Positions 48,006 through 58,244 of a DNA stretch of 64,000 nt are shown in pieces. Source of the DNA: Piromyces finnis finn (lineage: Eukaryota; Fungi; Neocallimastigomycota); contig MCFH01000025.1 in NCBI GenBank assembly GCA_002104945.1, forward strand, positions 62,001-126,000. The letters are read 5' to 3'. A program made the position numbers and the translations under genes. Positions within the stretch are counted from its first letter, which is position 1; every line of letters starts with the position of its first letter. Below the pieces are notes generated by a model. That model did no database searches, had not been told where the DNA came from, and saw only the letters and a list, made by a program, of their open reading frames with translations.

Positions 48006-49585
48006 ATGAAGATAAAAAATATAGCTATATTACCAATTATAATAACTCAGATATCCAATGCTTTTGGATATCATTCATATAAAAAAGTATCAGAAAACCA
48101 AAACAAAATTATATTAAATCAACGAAATGTCCATCAAACAGAAAATAATAAAATGGATGAAAAATCTAACATGATATATCATCATTCACATCATCCTTCA
48201 TTTAACTTAAAACCTGCGAATAACCCCATCAATTTAACAAACATTAATAACAATAGAGGAGATGATATAGATAATTTAGAATATTTAGAATCTCTTAATA
48301 AAACTGAACTTTATGAAATTAAAAATATATATAATAATACTTACAAAAATCCGATTTATTATCTTAATCAAGTAAATAAATTTGTTAAAAAAAATAAATT
48401 GGCTAAAAGAAGTTTAACTACAGAATTCGATGAAGTTGATGATGATTCAATTTCTAGTTCAAATAATGATGAAGACAATTTTTTTGAATTTGGAAAACAA
48501 TTAGATGGATTTTCTTTATTTGTATATGAAACTTTAATAGATATTGCATTTTCAGCTACTCGAGGTGTAAAATTATCAACCTTTTATTATTATGGAGTTA
48601 ACTTTTTTGAAGTTGTTAAAGATACTCAAATTAATGCATTAATATCTACTGGTTATTCTGCATTGTAAATACTAATTATATACATATATTTAATCGTAAC
48701 AAAATATTACTATTTTTATATACATTATATATAAATTTAAATATATTATATTTTATTTATATTTTATTTTCTTTTTTAATTGAAATATCTTTTTATAGTA
48801 CATATGATTATCCAGATGTATGGTGGCATAAAAAAATTGGTTTTTCTGTTTGTAAAAACACTAATGATCAAATTACCAAAATTGCTTTTCAAATTGTTTC
48901 AGATTTATCAGCCAGTGAGATTAATCGTATGACTTCTGAAATTGATATTGTAACTGATAAGATTATAGCAGGTGCTCCAAGAACAACAGAATTTGAAGAT
49001 TTCAAATATTTCCATGATACTTTAGTTACTCTTATTGAGTACAATATAACTGCTCCACATCGCTTCTCTATATATGGAGCTCTTGTCGATCATCGCGCTG
49101 TTTGTGAAGGATATGGTGAATCATTTAAACTTTTAGCTAGAAAGGTAGGTTTAGATGTTATTTGTGTTCCAAGTAAAGAACATCTTTGGAACTATGCTAG
49201 AATTGACAAACATTGGTATTTAGTAGATATTACTTTCGATGATCCAGGTACTACAAATTCTAGTGGTGAATTAGTTTATTCCACTGGTAATGGAAGTAAT
49301 GTTATCTATACATATTTCATGGTAGGAGAAGATTTCTTTGAAAAGCATGCTTATTCAATTAAATCTCACACAATTAATAAGAGTTTAACCTATGTTAATG
49401 GTACGAAAGAATTCGTATTCCCTGAACTTTCTCAATTATCATACACTAAGCAATTTAGAAATCAAATATCCTCAAATTTAATGAATAGTATGACAGATGG
49501 TAGTTTAAGCTCCTTTACTTTTAATCCAATACGGAGTTTAATACTATCTATTCTTTTAGGTTTTATTTTAATTTATTATATTTAA
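48006..49585 (+). CDS. Secreted, probably surface-anchored transglutaminase-like (papain-fold Cys-His-Asp) protein; two exons (48006-48664, 48799-49585)
   Basis: N-terminal signal peptide and a dibasic LAKR site. The splice gives SAFTYDYPDVWW, then AVCEGYGESF, EHLWNYARID and WYLVDITFDD (Cys/His/Asp triad positions). Ends in a Ser-rich spacer plus hydrophobic tail. Confidence 0.8.
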
Positions 49586-50109
49586 TTTCGTTTATTTGAT
49601 AAATTAGTTTTTAGTATAAGAATCAATTTAAATAAAATATAATTAAAATTAAAGTAAATTATTTAATTATTTATTTTTATTCTATATTAATAAAAAATAA
49701 ACTGAATATTCTATATTCTATATTTATTATTTTTTCTTAATGTATCAAACATCATCATTTTAAATTTTGCATATATATACAAGTATATAAAGATTTTTAA
49801 TAGTGTATTAATTTATATTAATACCCATAGCCTAATAGTAGAACTTCAGGAAGTAACTAAACATCTATTGCATAATGTTTTAATTTTTTTTATTTACTCG
49901 ATGTCATAAATTTTTTTGAAAAAGTTTTTTCAATAAACTCCAAATAAATGAAGGCAGATTTCCATGAGGTCTGTTTATTAAGAAAAAATTCTAATTTACT
50001 ATTATGTAATATTAATATAAGCAATAAATGATTTATTGAATATCATATCCCCTTTGGAACGTGCCTTCATTTATTTAATAAATGAAGTTTCTCAAGGGGC
50101 TCTACTCAT

Positions 50110-50294
50110 GCTCATGGTACTGAGAGTAGAAAAAAATCCAAGTATTGCGCAATGGATGCTTGGTTAGTCCTTAAAGGAAATTTATAAGGACTAAGCTCAT
50201 GGTACTGAGAGTAGAAAAAAATCCAAGTATTGCGCAATGGATGCTTGGTTAGTCCTTAAAGGAAATTTATAAGGACTAAGCTCATGGTACTGAG
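50110..50294 (+). repeat. 85-bp tandem repeat (2 exact units + partial) composed of three adjacent hairpins, upstream of the LINE coding region
   Basis: CTCATGGTACTGAG recurs at 50111, 50196 and 50281. Stems: CTCA/TGAG, CCAAGTAT/ATGCTTGG, TTAGTCCTTA/TAAGGACTAA. Confidence 0.93.
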
Positions 50295-50888
50295 CGATTA
50301 AAAAACATTTATCCATCGAATTTAAGTTTTTGATGGATAAGTTGAATGTTTGGTATTCAGGTAAGTTTGTATAGTATTTTAATTGGAAGAGTAATACATT
50401 TTGTTGCTGTATTTTTTCTTTTATTCATGTATTCATGTAGTACTACTCTTCTCTTGTAAGAATCTAATGTAGCCAACTTTAGCATTTGCATTGTATTTTT
50501 ATATTCATGTAGCTATTGTTGTATTGTTTCTTGTAAGAGACTTATTCACTCTACATCATGTAAAAACACTATTCTCAAGCTTTCTGGTGTCGACATTCTT
50601 GATTCAAATTTTTTTACCAATTTAAATATTTAATGAAAAGTAAAATCAAATAATTTAGTGTCAAAAAGCGAATCGAATTTACTAACAACAAACCAAAACT
50701 AGAATTTTTAAAGAAAATTTACAACTAGAATTCAAAAAAAGAAACTTTAAACAAAGCATTGTAACAATTTTCGTACTATCTAGTACTTTTAAGAAGAGAG
50801 AGACAGATTTTTTTCCATATACGTTATATTTATAATTTTTATTAGTATTTATTTTATATTCAATATTTTTTAATTAGAATTAATTATC

Positions 50889-53800
50889 ATGTCAGATCTT
50901 TATATTAAAGATAAGAATTATATCAGACATGATACCCGGTCTCATGGTATCCCCTTAGATGATATTCGCTCCTTCTTTATCCGTGGTATTCGATCATGGT
51001 CAGTTAATATGCTTTGGGAAAAACTCGAGGTTATTCTGGAAGATAAATTTAATTCAGTTATTAGTGTTAAATATTTTCAGATTTTCAATAATCACTTTTT
51101 CTTAGTCAAGGTTCATGGTTCATCGAAAGATTGTATTAAAATCTTACACATGTTAAAGAAGAAACTTTCAGTTACCTCAATTTCCTTTTCAGCTCGTAGT
51201 AGAAGGAATCACAAATACACTTTTTCCACACTCAAACGTAAAATTTTAGATTCTAATAAACATCAACATTCTATTCAATAATCAATTCAACAATCAGTTC
51301 AACAATCTCATCAACAATCCGATCTTCAACTAGATCTTCAACAAGATCTTCAACAAGTTTCCCATCATGAAAATATTTCAGATCTACAACAATCACAATT
51401 TCAATCTCAAAATTCAACAATTAATTTTAATAGTTCTATCAACTATGATAATAGTTCAATAATTGATAGTTCTTCAGTTTTACAGCCATCTAGTAATAGT
51501 TCTACTTATTCCTCTGATGCATCATCCATTAATAATGATGACTTTAATAATAATAACAACAGCAACGATTCTTCCTCATCTAACAAGCCTGATAACTTTT
51601 CGTTTTGTCTTAGTTGGAACACCAATGGGTGGAATCACGAAAAGAGAGATAGTATTAGCCATTTCACAGCTATTTTCAAGCCATTATTTATATGTTTCCA
51701 AGAAACTGGTAATGGTTTTGGATCGAATACAGAGTATCCTTGTCGTGTTACTTTACGAAACTATAGACACTTTTTAAAAAAAGCTGATGAATCAGTTCCT
51801 GGAATGAGAGGTTTATATTTAGGTTTTCACAATTCGTGTCAAGCCTCACTTGAAAACTTCTCTGGAAAGTATATTATTTCTATTAATACTTTTAGTCTTT
51901 GGAATAGATTCTAATGCTCAATTGGAAATGTTTATATGCCTCATAGTCATCACAACATCTATGTTGATCATGCAAAGTTAGAAGTTCGCTTGTGGTTACA
52001 AACTCATTCATCCCATCCATCGATTCTTGTTGGTGATTTTAATATGTCTAAAGTAAAATTATCCAACTGGTTATCAACTTATGAATTAGGAGATTGGGAA
52101 ATTGGAAATTCTTCCGCTTAGAGGGTCTACTATCTCTTGGACTCGAGGTGATCAATCTTCCGACATTGACCATGCTCTTATCAACTCGAAGATGAAAGAT
52201 CTTATTCACTCAGGATCATTTATAAATAATTTTTATCCTGTATCAGACCATAAGCCACTCCTTATTAATGGTAAAATTATTCCTATGGAAGATTTTTCTA
52301 ATGACTTTAATGTTCCTAAGAAAATTCTGAAATGGAATAGATTAAAATGTATTGAGGAAAAAGAATCTGTTCTCAGTCATAATAAATTCCAAATACTTTC
52401 AGCAAAACTCAACGATCCTAATGCTTCTACAGATGAACTTTCCAAAGAATTTTCTTCAACTGCTTTTTCAATTGCAGACGAGCTCAGTATTACTTCAGTA
52501 AATAATGTTATAAAGTCTTCATTTCATATTTCACAATAAATTTTTAATCTTCAAAAAATCAAAATGAAGTTGTATAAGAGATTTAAAAAAGAAAGAATTT
52601 ATGATATAGATGAATTTATTAAAAGAATTGAAATCTACCGTAAGCTCATCGATTACATCCACAAAAGATGTAATGAATTTAGGAAACAAGAATATCTTCA
52701 TTGGATTAAAACAGGATGTGAGTATATGAAGAGTCATAATCCTAAGAAGGCCTGGAAATGGATCAAAAAAACTGCAAAAATTGGAAAAGATTCTTTCTTT
52801 ATTGCTCAACCAATTAAAAATAAAAATGGAGAATTAGTTGTTGCTACGGAAGAACAACTAGAAGTGTGGCATGACCATTTTGAAAGCCTTGCATCAGATC
52901 CAAGTGGTGTAAGTCTTGATTTGGAGCATTGGTATGAAGAACCAACGAATAAACGTTTTTCACTCCCTATGCTTGATGAATGGGATATCAACCAAGATAT
53001 TAGTATTGATGAAGTCAAGTCAGCTATCCTCTCTACTCCAAATTATAAAGCATCAGGTCCGGATGGTATTCCAATTGAATTTTACAAAGCATTAATTCCA
53101 TCAAGTAATGATTCTAATAATGCTACAGATAATAATTCTTCCGGTAATACCACTTTAGATAATGATGCTCATGGTTTTAATTTTATTCTTAAATTATTCA
53201 ACCGTATTTGGGATGGAGATTTCCCCAGCTCATGGAATGAATCCAGTATAGTTTCTATTCCTAAGAAGGGAGATTTGACAGATTGTGATAACTATCGAGG
53301 TATATCACTTATCAATAATGATATTAAGTTGATTTCCAAAATTGTCATCACTAGAATCTCAGAATATGGTCTAAAAAATAATTTCATTAGACCTGAACAA
53401 TTTGGTTTTCGGAATTAGGAAGTATTAGTCTTTTCATTTCAATCCAAGAAATATGCCGTAGACGTCAATTAGATAATAAAGAGACATATTTGGCCTTTTT
53501 AGATCTCAGGAAAGCATACGATTCAGTCCCAATCGGTAATATTCTCCATAAATTAGATTGTTTAGGAATCCGAGAAAATACACGTGGTGCAAATCAAGTA
53601 GGACACTTGATAAAAAATTAAAGAAGCATGGAGATGTTAAAGCAGTTAAAAACTTTTATTGAAAGATCTCAAAGGGAATTCAATCAAAGCGCAATATTAT
53701 GATGATAATAAATTTATTGAAACTAAAGATTTTATCAAATTATGTTATGAATACCCAGAGTTTGCCTATGGTTTCTACTGGCTATTGAAAGCAAGAAGCG

Positions 53801-54557
53801 GATCCAAGTTGGATGCTAGAGTTGCCAAAGCTGCTAAATTTGTTGATCCAGTTTGTCCTAACTACTGTCCATGTTGCAAGTATAGTGTTCAAAGTATTAA
53901 GCATTGGTTATTAGATTGTCCAACATTTAGAGATATCCGTATTAAACATTATGATTCCATAGTCCAGCTATTAAATTTTTTCAGTCAACGTAATTCCAAC
54001 AGTCCTATCAATAATAATGAAAATGTTAATATCAGTAGAGATAGCAATAATATTAATAATAATAGTAACAATAGTAGTAATAATAATAACAATAGTAATA
54101 GTAACAATAGTAATAATAACAATAGTAGTAGTAGAAATAGTAATATTAGTAATGATAGCAATAGTGAAGATAATAATTCTAATTTAGATAGTAATTTAGT
54201 TAACGATAGTAATAGTTCTAATAATCCGGTGAATATTAATGTGTATGATTATTCTAGTGTGTGCAGTAAAATATTTAAATTCCTTCTTGGGGAAGAAGTC
54301 TTAATAATATCAATTACAATTCAAGGGAACGAAATGAACTTTGCAAGTGTCAGATTCAATCGGGCATTTATGAAGGAACACCATTCTTGACGGTAACAGC
54401 AGAACTTCTAACCAAAATCATGCCTTTTGCTATTGACCAGCAATGGTCAATGTTCAAAAGGTTTGAAGCAACATCCAAGAGCGTTAATACTGAAGAAACA
54501 GTAAGACATGCCAGGAGGGCCAGCGCAACCAATGGAGATCATAATTTTGTCCCATGA
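50889..54557 (+). pseudogene. Disrupted polyprotein of the LINE (N-terminal domain-APE-RT-zinc knuckle)
   Basis: In-frame stops at about 51279, 51912, 52537 and 53416. A 7-bp GGAAATT duplication shifts frame near 52100, with further shifts near 53420 and 54290. An internal deletion near 53580 removes the QG and YADD reverse-transcriptase motifs. Confidence 0.85.
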
Positions 54558-54898
54558 TAAAATTTTGATCTTTGGCTCGGTGTCCCATTGGAAGTCAAAT
54601 ACAATTATTATACTTTAGTATAATAGTGGCTTTCTTACTTTAATTAAAATTACTATAATACATTACACCCAATTTTTATTCATTTGTGTTTATTTAAACA
54701 TATTTTTTTTTATTTTTATTTTATTTTTAATTTTTTTTATTACATGTATTATAATTTTAATTAAATTAATAATAAAGTTTAAATTATTTGATGCCGTTAA
54801 AAAAAAATATTGAATATCATTATATAACATTTTTATATTATTACAAATATTATGTCCTTATAATTTCATGATAATAAAGTAATTTTTAAAATATTATA

Positions 54899-55255
54899 AT
54901 GGGACAAAATTATAATCTCCATTGGTTGCGCTGGCCCTCCTGGCATGTCTTACTGTTTCTTCAGTATTAACGCTCTTGGATGTTGCTTCAAACCTTTTGA
55001 ACATTGACCATTGCTGGTCAATAGCAAAAGGCATGATTTTGGTTAGAAGTTCTGCTGTTACCGTCAAGAATGGTGTTCCTTCATAAATGCCCGATTGAAT
55101 CTGACACTTGCAAAGTTCATTTCGTTCCCTTGAATTGTAATTGATATTATTAAGACTTCATTCCACAAGAAGGAATTTAAATATTTTATTGCACAAACTA
55201 GAATAATCATACACATTAATATTCACCGGATTATTAGAACTATTACTATTATTAA
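54899..55255 (-). mobile_element. Inverted near-identical copy of LINE 3' coding end (matches 54200-54555)
   Basis: Reverse complement matches base by base with few mismatches and one small indel. Confidence 0.92.
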
Positions 55256-55519
55256 TTTTAAATATTTCTTTTCATTTCATTTGATAAAAATTTAATGAAA
55301 TACTAAGATATAAATTAAGTTTAACAATATAATAAATTTTAGTTTTAACTTATTTTTAACTGCCTTTTTAAAATTTAATTAAAGTATAATAAAATGTGAA
55401 ATATATTTTTATTTTTCTTTTATTTATTAAAAGTACTAATAGTGATTATTAGAGAAATATTAGCTATAAAGAAAAATATTACACATTTTATTGAAAATAA
55501 TTTAAAAGTTTCCATCAGA

Positions 55520-55732
55520 TTTTTTTTTTTTTAAGATTTAAGTATAAAAATAAAAAAAATATGTTTAAATAAACACAAATGAATAAAAATCGGGTATAAT
55601 GCATTCTAGTAATTATAATTAAAGCAAGAAGGTTACTATTATATTAAAATATAATAATTGTATTTGACTTCCAATGGGACACTGAGCCAAAGATCAAAAA
55701 TTTTTCATGGGACAAAATTATGATCTCTATTG
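55520..55732 (-). mobile_element. Inverted copy of the LINE 3' UTR (matches about 54530-54715), ending in an A13 tail on the minus strand
   Basis: Reverse complement of CAATGGAGATCATAATTTTGTCCCATG...CCCATTGGAAGTCAAATACAATT...TTTAAACATATTTTT; T tract at 55520-55532. Confidence 0.85.
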
Positions 55733-56241
55733 TTTTTGATAATAAGAAAAAAAAAATTTTAAAAATTTTATTGAAATACTATGTGAAACCTTATTATTCT
55801 TTATTGAGAAAACAATATTTTAAATTTTTTCAACGGAAATCGGATTATTTGTATGCAAAAACTTCTTTGTTGATGTGGATCTAATGCATTAAGCAATATT
55901 AGAAAACGTTTTATATAACATATTAAATTCTCATCCTAAAATATTTTCTAAAAATTATAAATTATATTATTTTTAATTTTTTTTCTTTAATTATTAATTT
56001 TAATTATATTATTGTAGTTGCTATTGTAATTGTTATTATAATTTGTATAGTTATTATTATTAATATTATTATTACATGCTTTTAACTTTACATTTATTTA
56101 TTTTTTTTTTTTTAAAAAAAAAATATAAAATAAAAAATAAACTAGCTAGCTATATAAGTAATAAATAATAATAATATTATAAATGTTATATGCTATAATG
56201 TTATATGATAATTTGGATTTTTTGTTTAGTTCATACATTTT

Positions 56242-57480
56242 TTATTCTTTATAAAAAATATAAGAACCATTATTATAATTAGTTAATTGTCCTCTATGCA
56301 TAATAGTTGCTCCACAATTAGGATATAAGGTTTCTAAGAACCATTGTTGAACAATGGGTGTTCTGTCACATGGCCTATATTTATCTTGTTTAATTATAGA
56401 TATAGTGTCATGTTGAGCATATCCTCGAATATAAGTTTTATTTTTGGTAAGTAACCTTCTTAAACTATCCATTGATATTGTTTTTGCATTTCTTGTTTTG
56501 TGATATTCCAATCTGTCAAATAAACCTTTATTTAAAAACATTGATAATAAAGAGGCGCTCATTCCATATTTATTTTGAATTGAAAGATCAATATTTTTAC
56601 ACTTACTAAGAAGATAATTAGCACTAGTATAATCTTCAGTTAATAAGAAATAAATAATTGGTGTATTTCCATCTTCATCAATTGTGACGTTGAAATCACA
56701 CTTTAAATCAACTAACTCCATTAAAGTTAATGCATAATTTTTATAGGCTAAATAATTTCCTTCAGTAAAGAAAGGATCAGCACTATAACTATAATCATTA
56801 TAATACTTTTTAATAAATACAGAAACCAAACTTTCTCCAAACTTACTTCTGTAATTAACATCAAATTTATATTTTTTATATAAATCTCTTAATTGGAAAT
56901 ATCTTTTATTTTCAGCTAAGTACATTGCAGCTGTTTTTCCAGAAGAGTTAACAAGATTAACATTTAATTTCAACTTTAAAATACTAGAAAAACATCTGTA
57001 GGCATCATTTTTACAAGAATAAAGAAGAATGTTTTCATTGTCCTTATTGACATGATGAATATCAATATCGGTTTTAATCATAACTCCAAACATATTTTTA
57101 TTAGTTGAGCTATAGAATAATGCATTATTTCCATAATTATCAGTTAGATGGATGAATTTTCTATTACCCTTGATCATTTTTTCAACAGCAAATAATAAGG
57201 AATAATGTTGTGCAGCATACATTAAAGCAGTTCTACCATTATCATCTTGAACAGCTAAATTGATATCCTTAGTTAAAAGCCATTTAACTAAATTTTTGTT
57301 GTTTTCTTTACAAGCTCTTACCAAAATATCACTTTCTCTGAATTCAGCTAAAGCATCTTCAGAAGCAAGTTTTAACATTTCATCTCCTACAGAATAATCC
57401 TCAATATTAAATAATGTTTTGTTTAATTCTTGTAAATAAGCTTTAGTTGTAATAGAGTTTTCAATTATAGCCTTTTCCAT
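56242..57480 (-). CDS. Intronless ankyrin-repeat protein (412 aa)
   Basis: Repeats such as QDDNGRTALMYAAQ, DNYGNNALFYS, NSSGKTAAMYLAE and DEDGNTPIIYFL. Confidence 0.85.
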   Translation of the reverse strand: MEKAIIENSITTKAYLQELNKTLFNIEDYSVGDEMLKLASEDALAEFRESDILVRACKENNKNLVKWLLTKDINLAVQDDNGRTALMYAAQHYSLLFAVEKMIKGNRKFIHLTDNYGNNALFYSSTNKNMFGVMIKTDIDIHHVNKDNENILLYSCKNDAYRCFSSILKLKLNVNLVNSSGKTAAMYLAENKRYFQLRDLYKKYKFDVNYRSKFGESLVSVFIKKYYNDYSYSADPFFTEGNYLAYKNYALTLMELVDLKCDFNVTIDEDGNTPIIYFLLTEDYTSANYLLSKCKNIDLSIQNKYGMSASLLSMFLNKGLFDRLEYHKTRNAKTISMDSLRRLLTKNKTYIRGYAQHDTISIIKQDKYRPCDRTPIVQQWFLETLYPNCGATIMHRGQLTNYNNGSYIFYKE

Positions 57481-58244
57481 TTTTAATTAATTTGATTTTT
57501 TTTCGTTTATTTGTTTGTTTTTTTGTTAATTTTTTTGTTAGATAAGTTTTTTTCATCTTTTTAAAGTAGCTATTTTTCTCTGCATTTATACTTTAACATA
57601 AAATATAAAACTAATTAAAGAAAATTCGATCATTTAATTTTTAATATTTTCATAAAAATAATTAATTTAATTTATTAAAATAATTTTAACTGCCTTTTTT
57701 TATATAATATAATATAAATAATAATATGAATATTGTATATAAAATTTATTTTATTATATTTATGTTTATATAATTATTTTTTTTAGTTTGTATAATTTTA
57801 TATAATATAAATTAGTAATGTATTAGGAAAATAATAATATTAAATTTATATAGTTTTATTATAATATTAATTGTTTCTACAATGTACAAGAATGTATATG
57901 ATCACCTGACGATATATATATTGAAACATGTGATATTAATTATAGATATTATTATTGATATATGTTTCTTTTATGTTGTAGTAATATAACATTGTTTATT
58001 TATAAAATTTATAATTTATTATATTAGGTGAAAATATTTTATTATATATAAAATATATATAAATAAAGTAAATAAATAAATGTGTTATTAACACATTTCA
58101 TACCATATTATGTACATTTTGATAGATATAAAGATAATTGAATATATTAATATACATTATATATAAATAAATATTAAAGATGCTTAACAAAATTGTGACT
58201 GTTATTACTATATGCTTAATTAATATTAATATTATTTTATGTGA

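Larger units (their letters stand above)
49940..54720 (+). mobile_element. Defective APE-type non-LTR retrotransposon (LINE); boundaries approximate
   Basis: APE endonuclease motifs (LSWNTNG..FQETG, ILVGDFN, SDIDH, SDHKP). RT motifs (KASGPDGIP, SSIVSIPKKGD..NYRGISL, QFGFR, LAFLDLRKAYDSVP). C-terminal CPCC..HWLLDC zinc knuckle. Confidence 0.92.

Noticed and set aside
50158-50200. GGTTAGTCC..TAAGGACTAAGC looks like the pistol ribozyme pseudoknot spacing
   Set aside because: The P1 partner needed directly after TTAGTCC is missing; the pairing is explained as a simple hairpin.
50110-50294. Tandem palindromic repeats as a CRISPR array
   Set aside because: Units are identical over the whole 85 bp with no unique spacers, there are no cas genes, and the host is eukaryotic.
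51279-53418. Premature stops in the LINE as evidence of RIP-like C-to-T mutation
   Set aside because: Only one stop is clearly CAA-to-TAA; others fit different substitutions, and damage includes indels and a deletion. RIP is established for Dikarya, not this lineage.
54490-54502. CTGAAGA in the shared 44-nt motif resembles a hammerhead core (CUGANGA)
   Set aside because: The GAAAC overlaps the core, leaving no stem II, and no matching stem III/cleavage triplet can be built in either copy.
55354-57699. 16-bp direct repeat TTTTAACTGCCTTTTT at 55354 and 57684 flanking the ankyrin gene (possible target-site duplication of a retrogene)
   Set aside because: Mostly A/T, so a chance match is plausible in this composition, and no poly(A) remnant abuts the expected copy.
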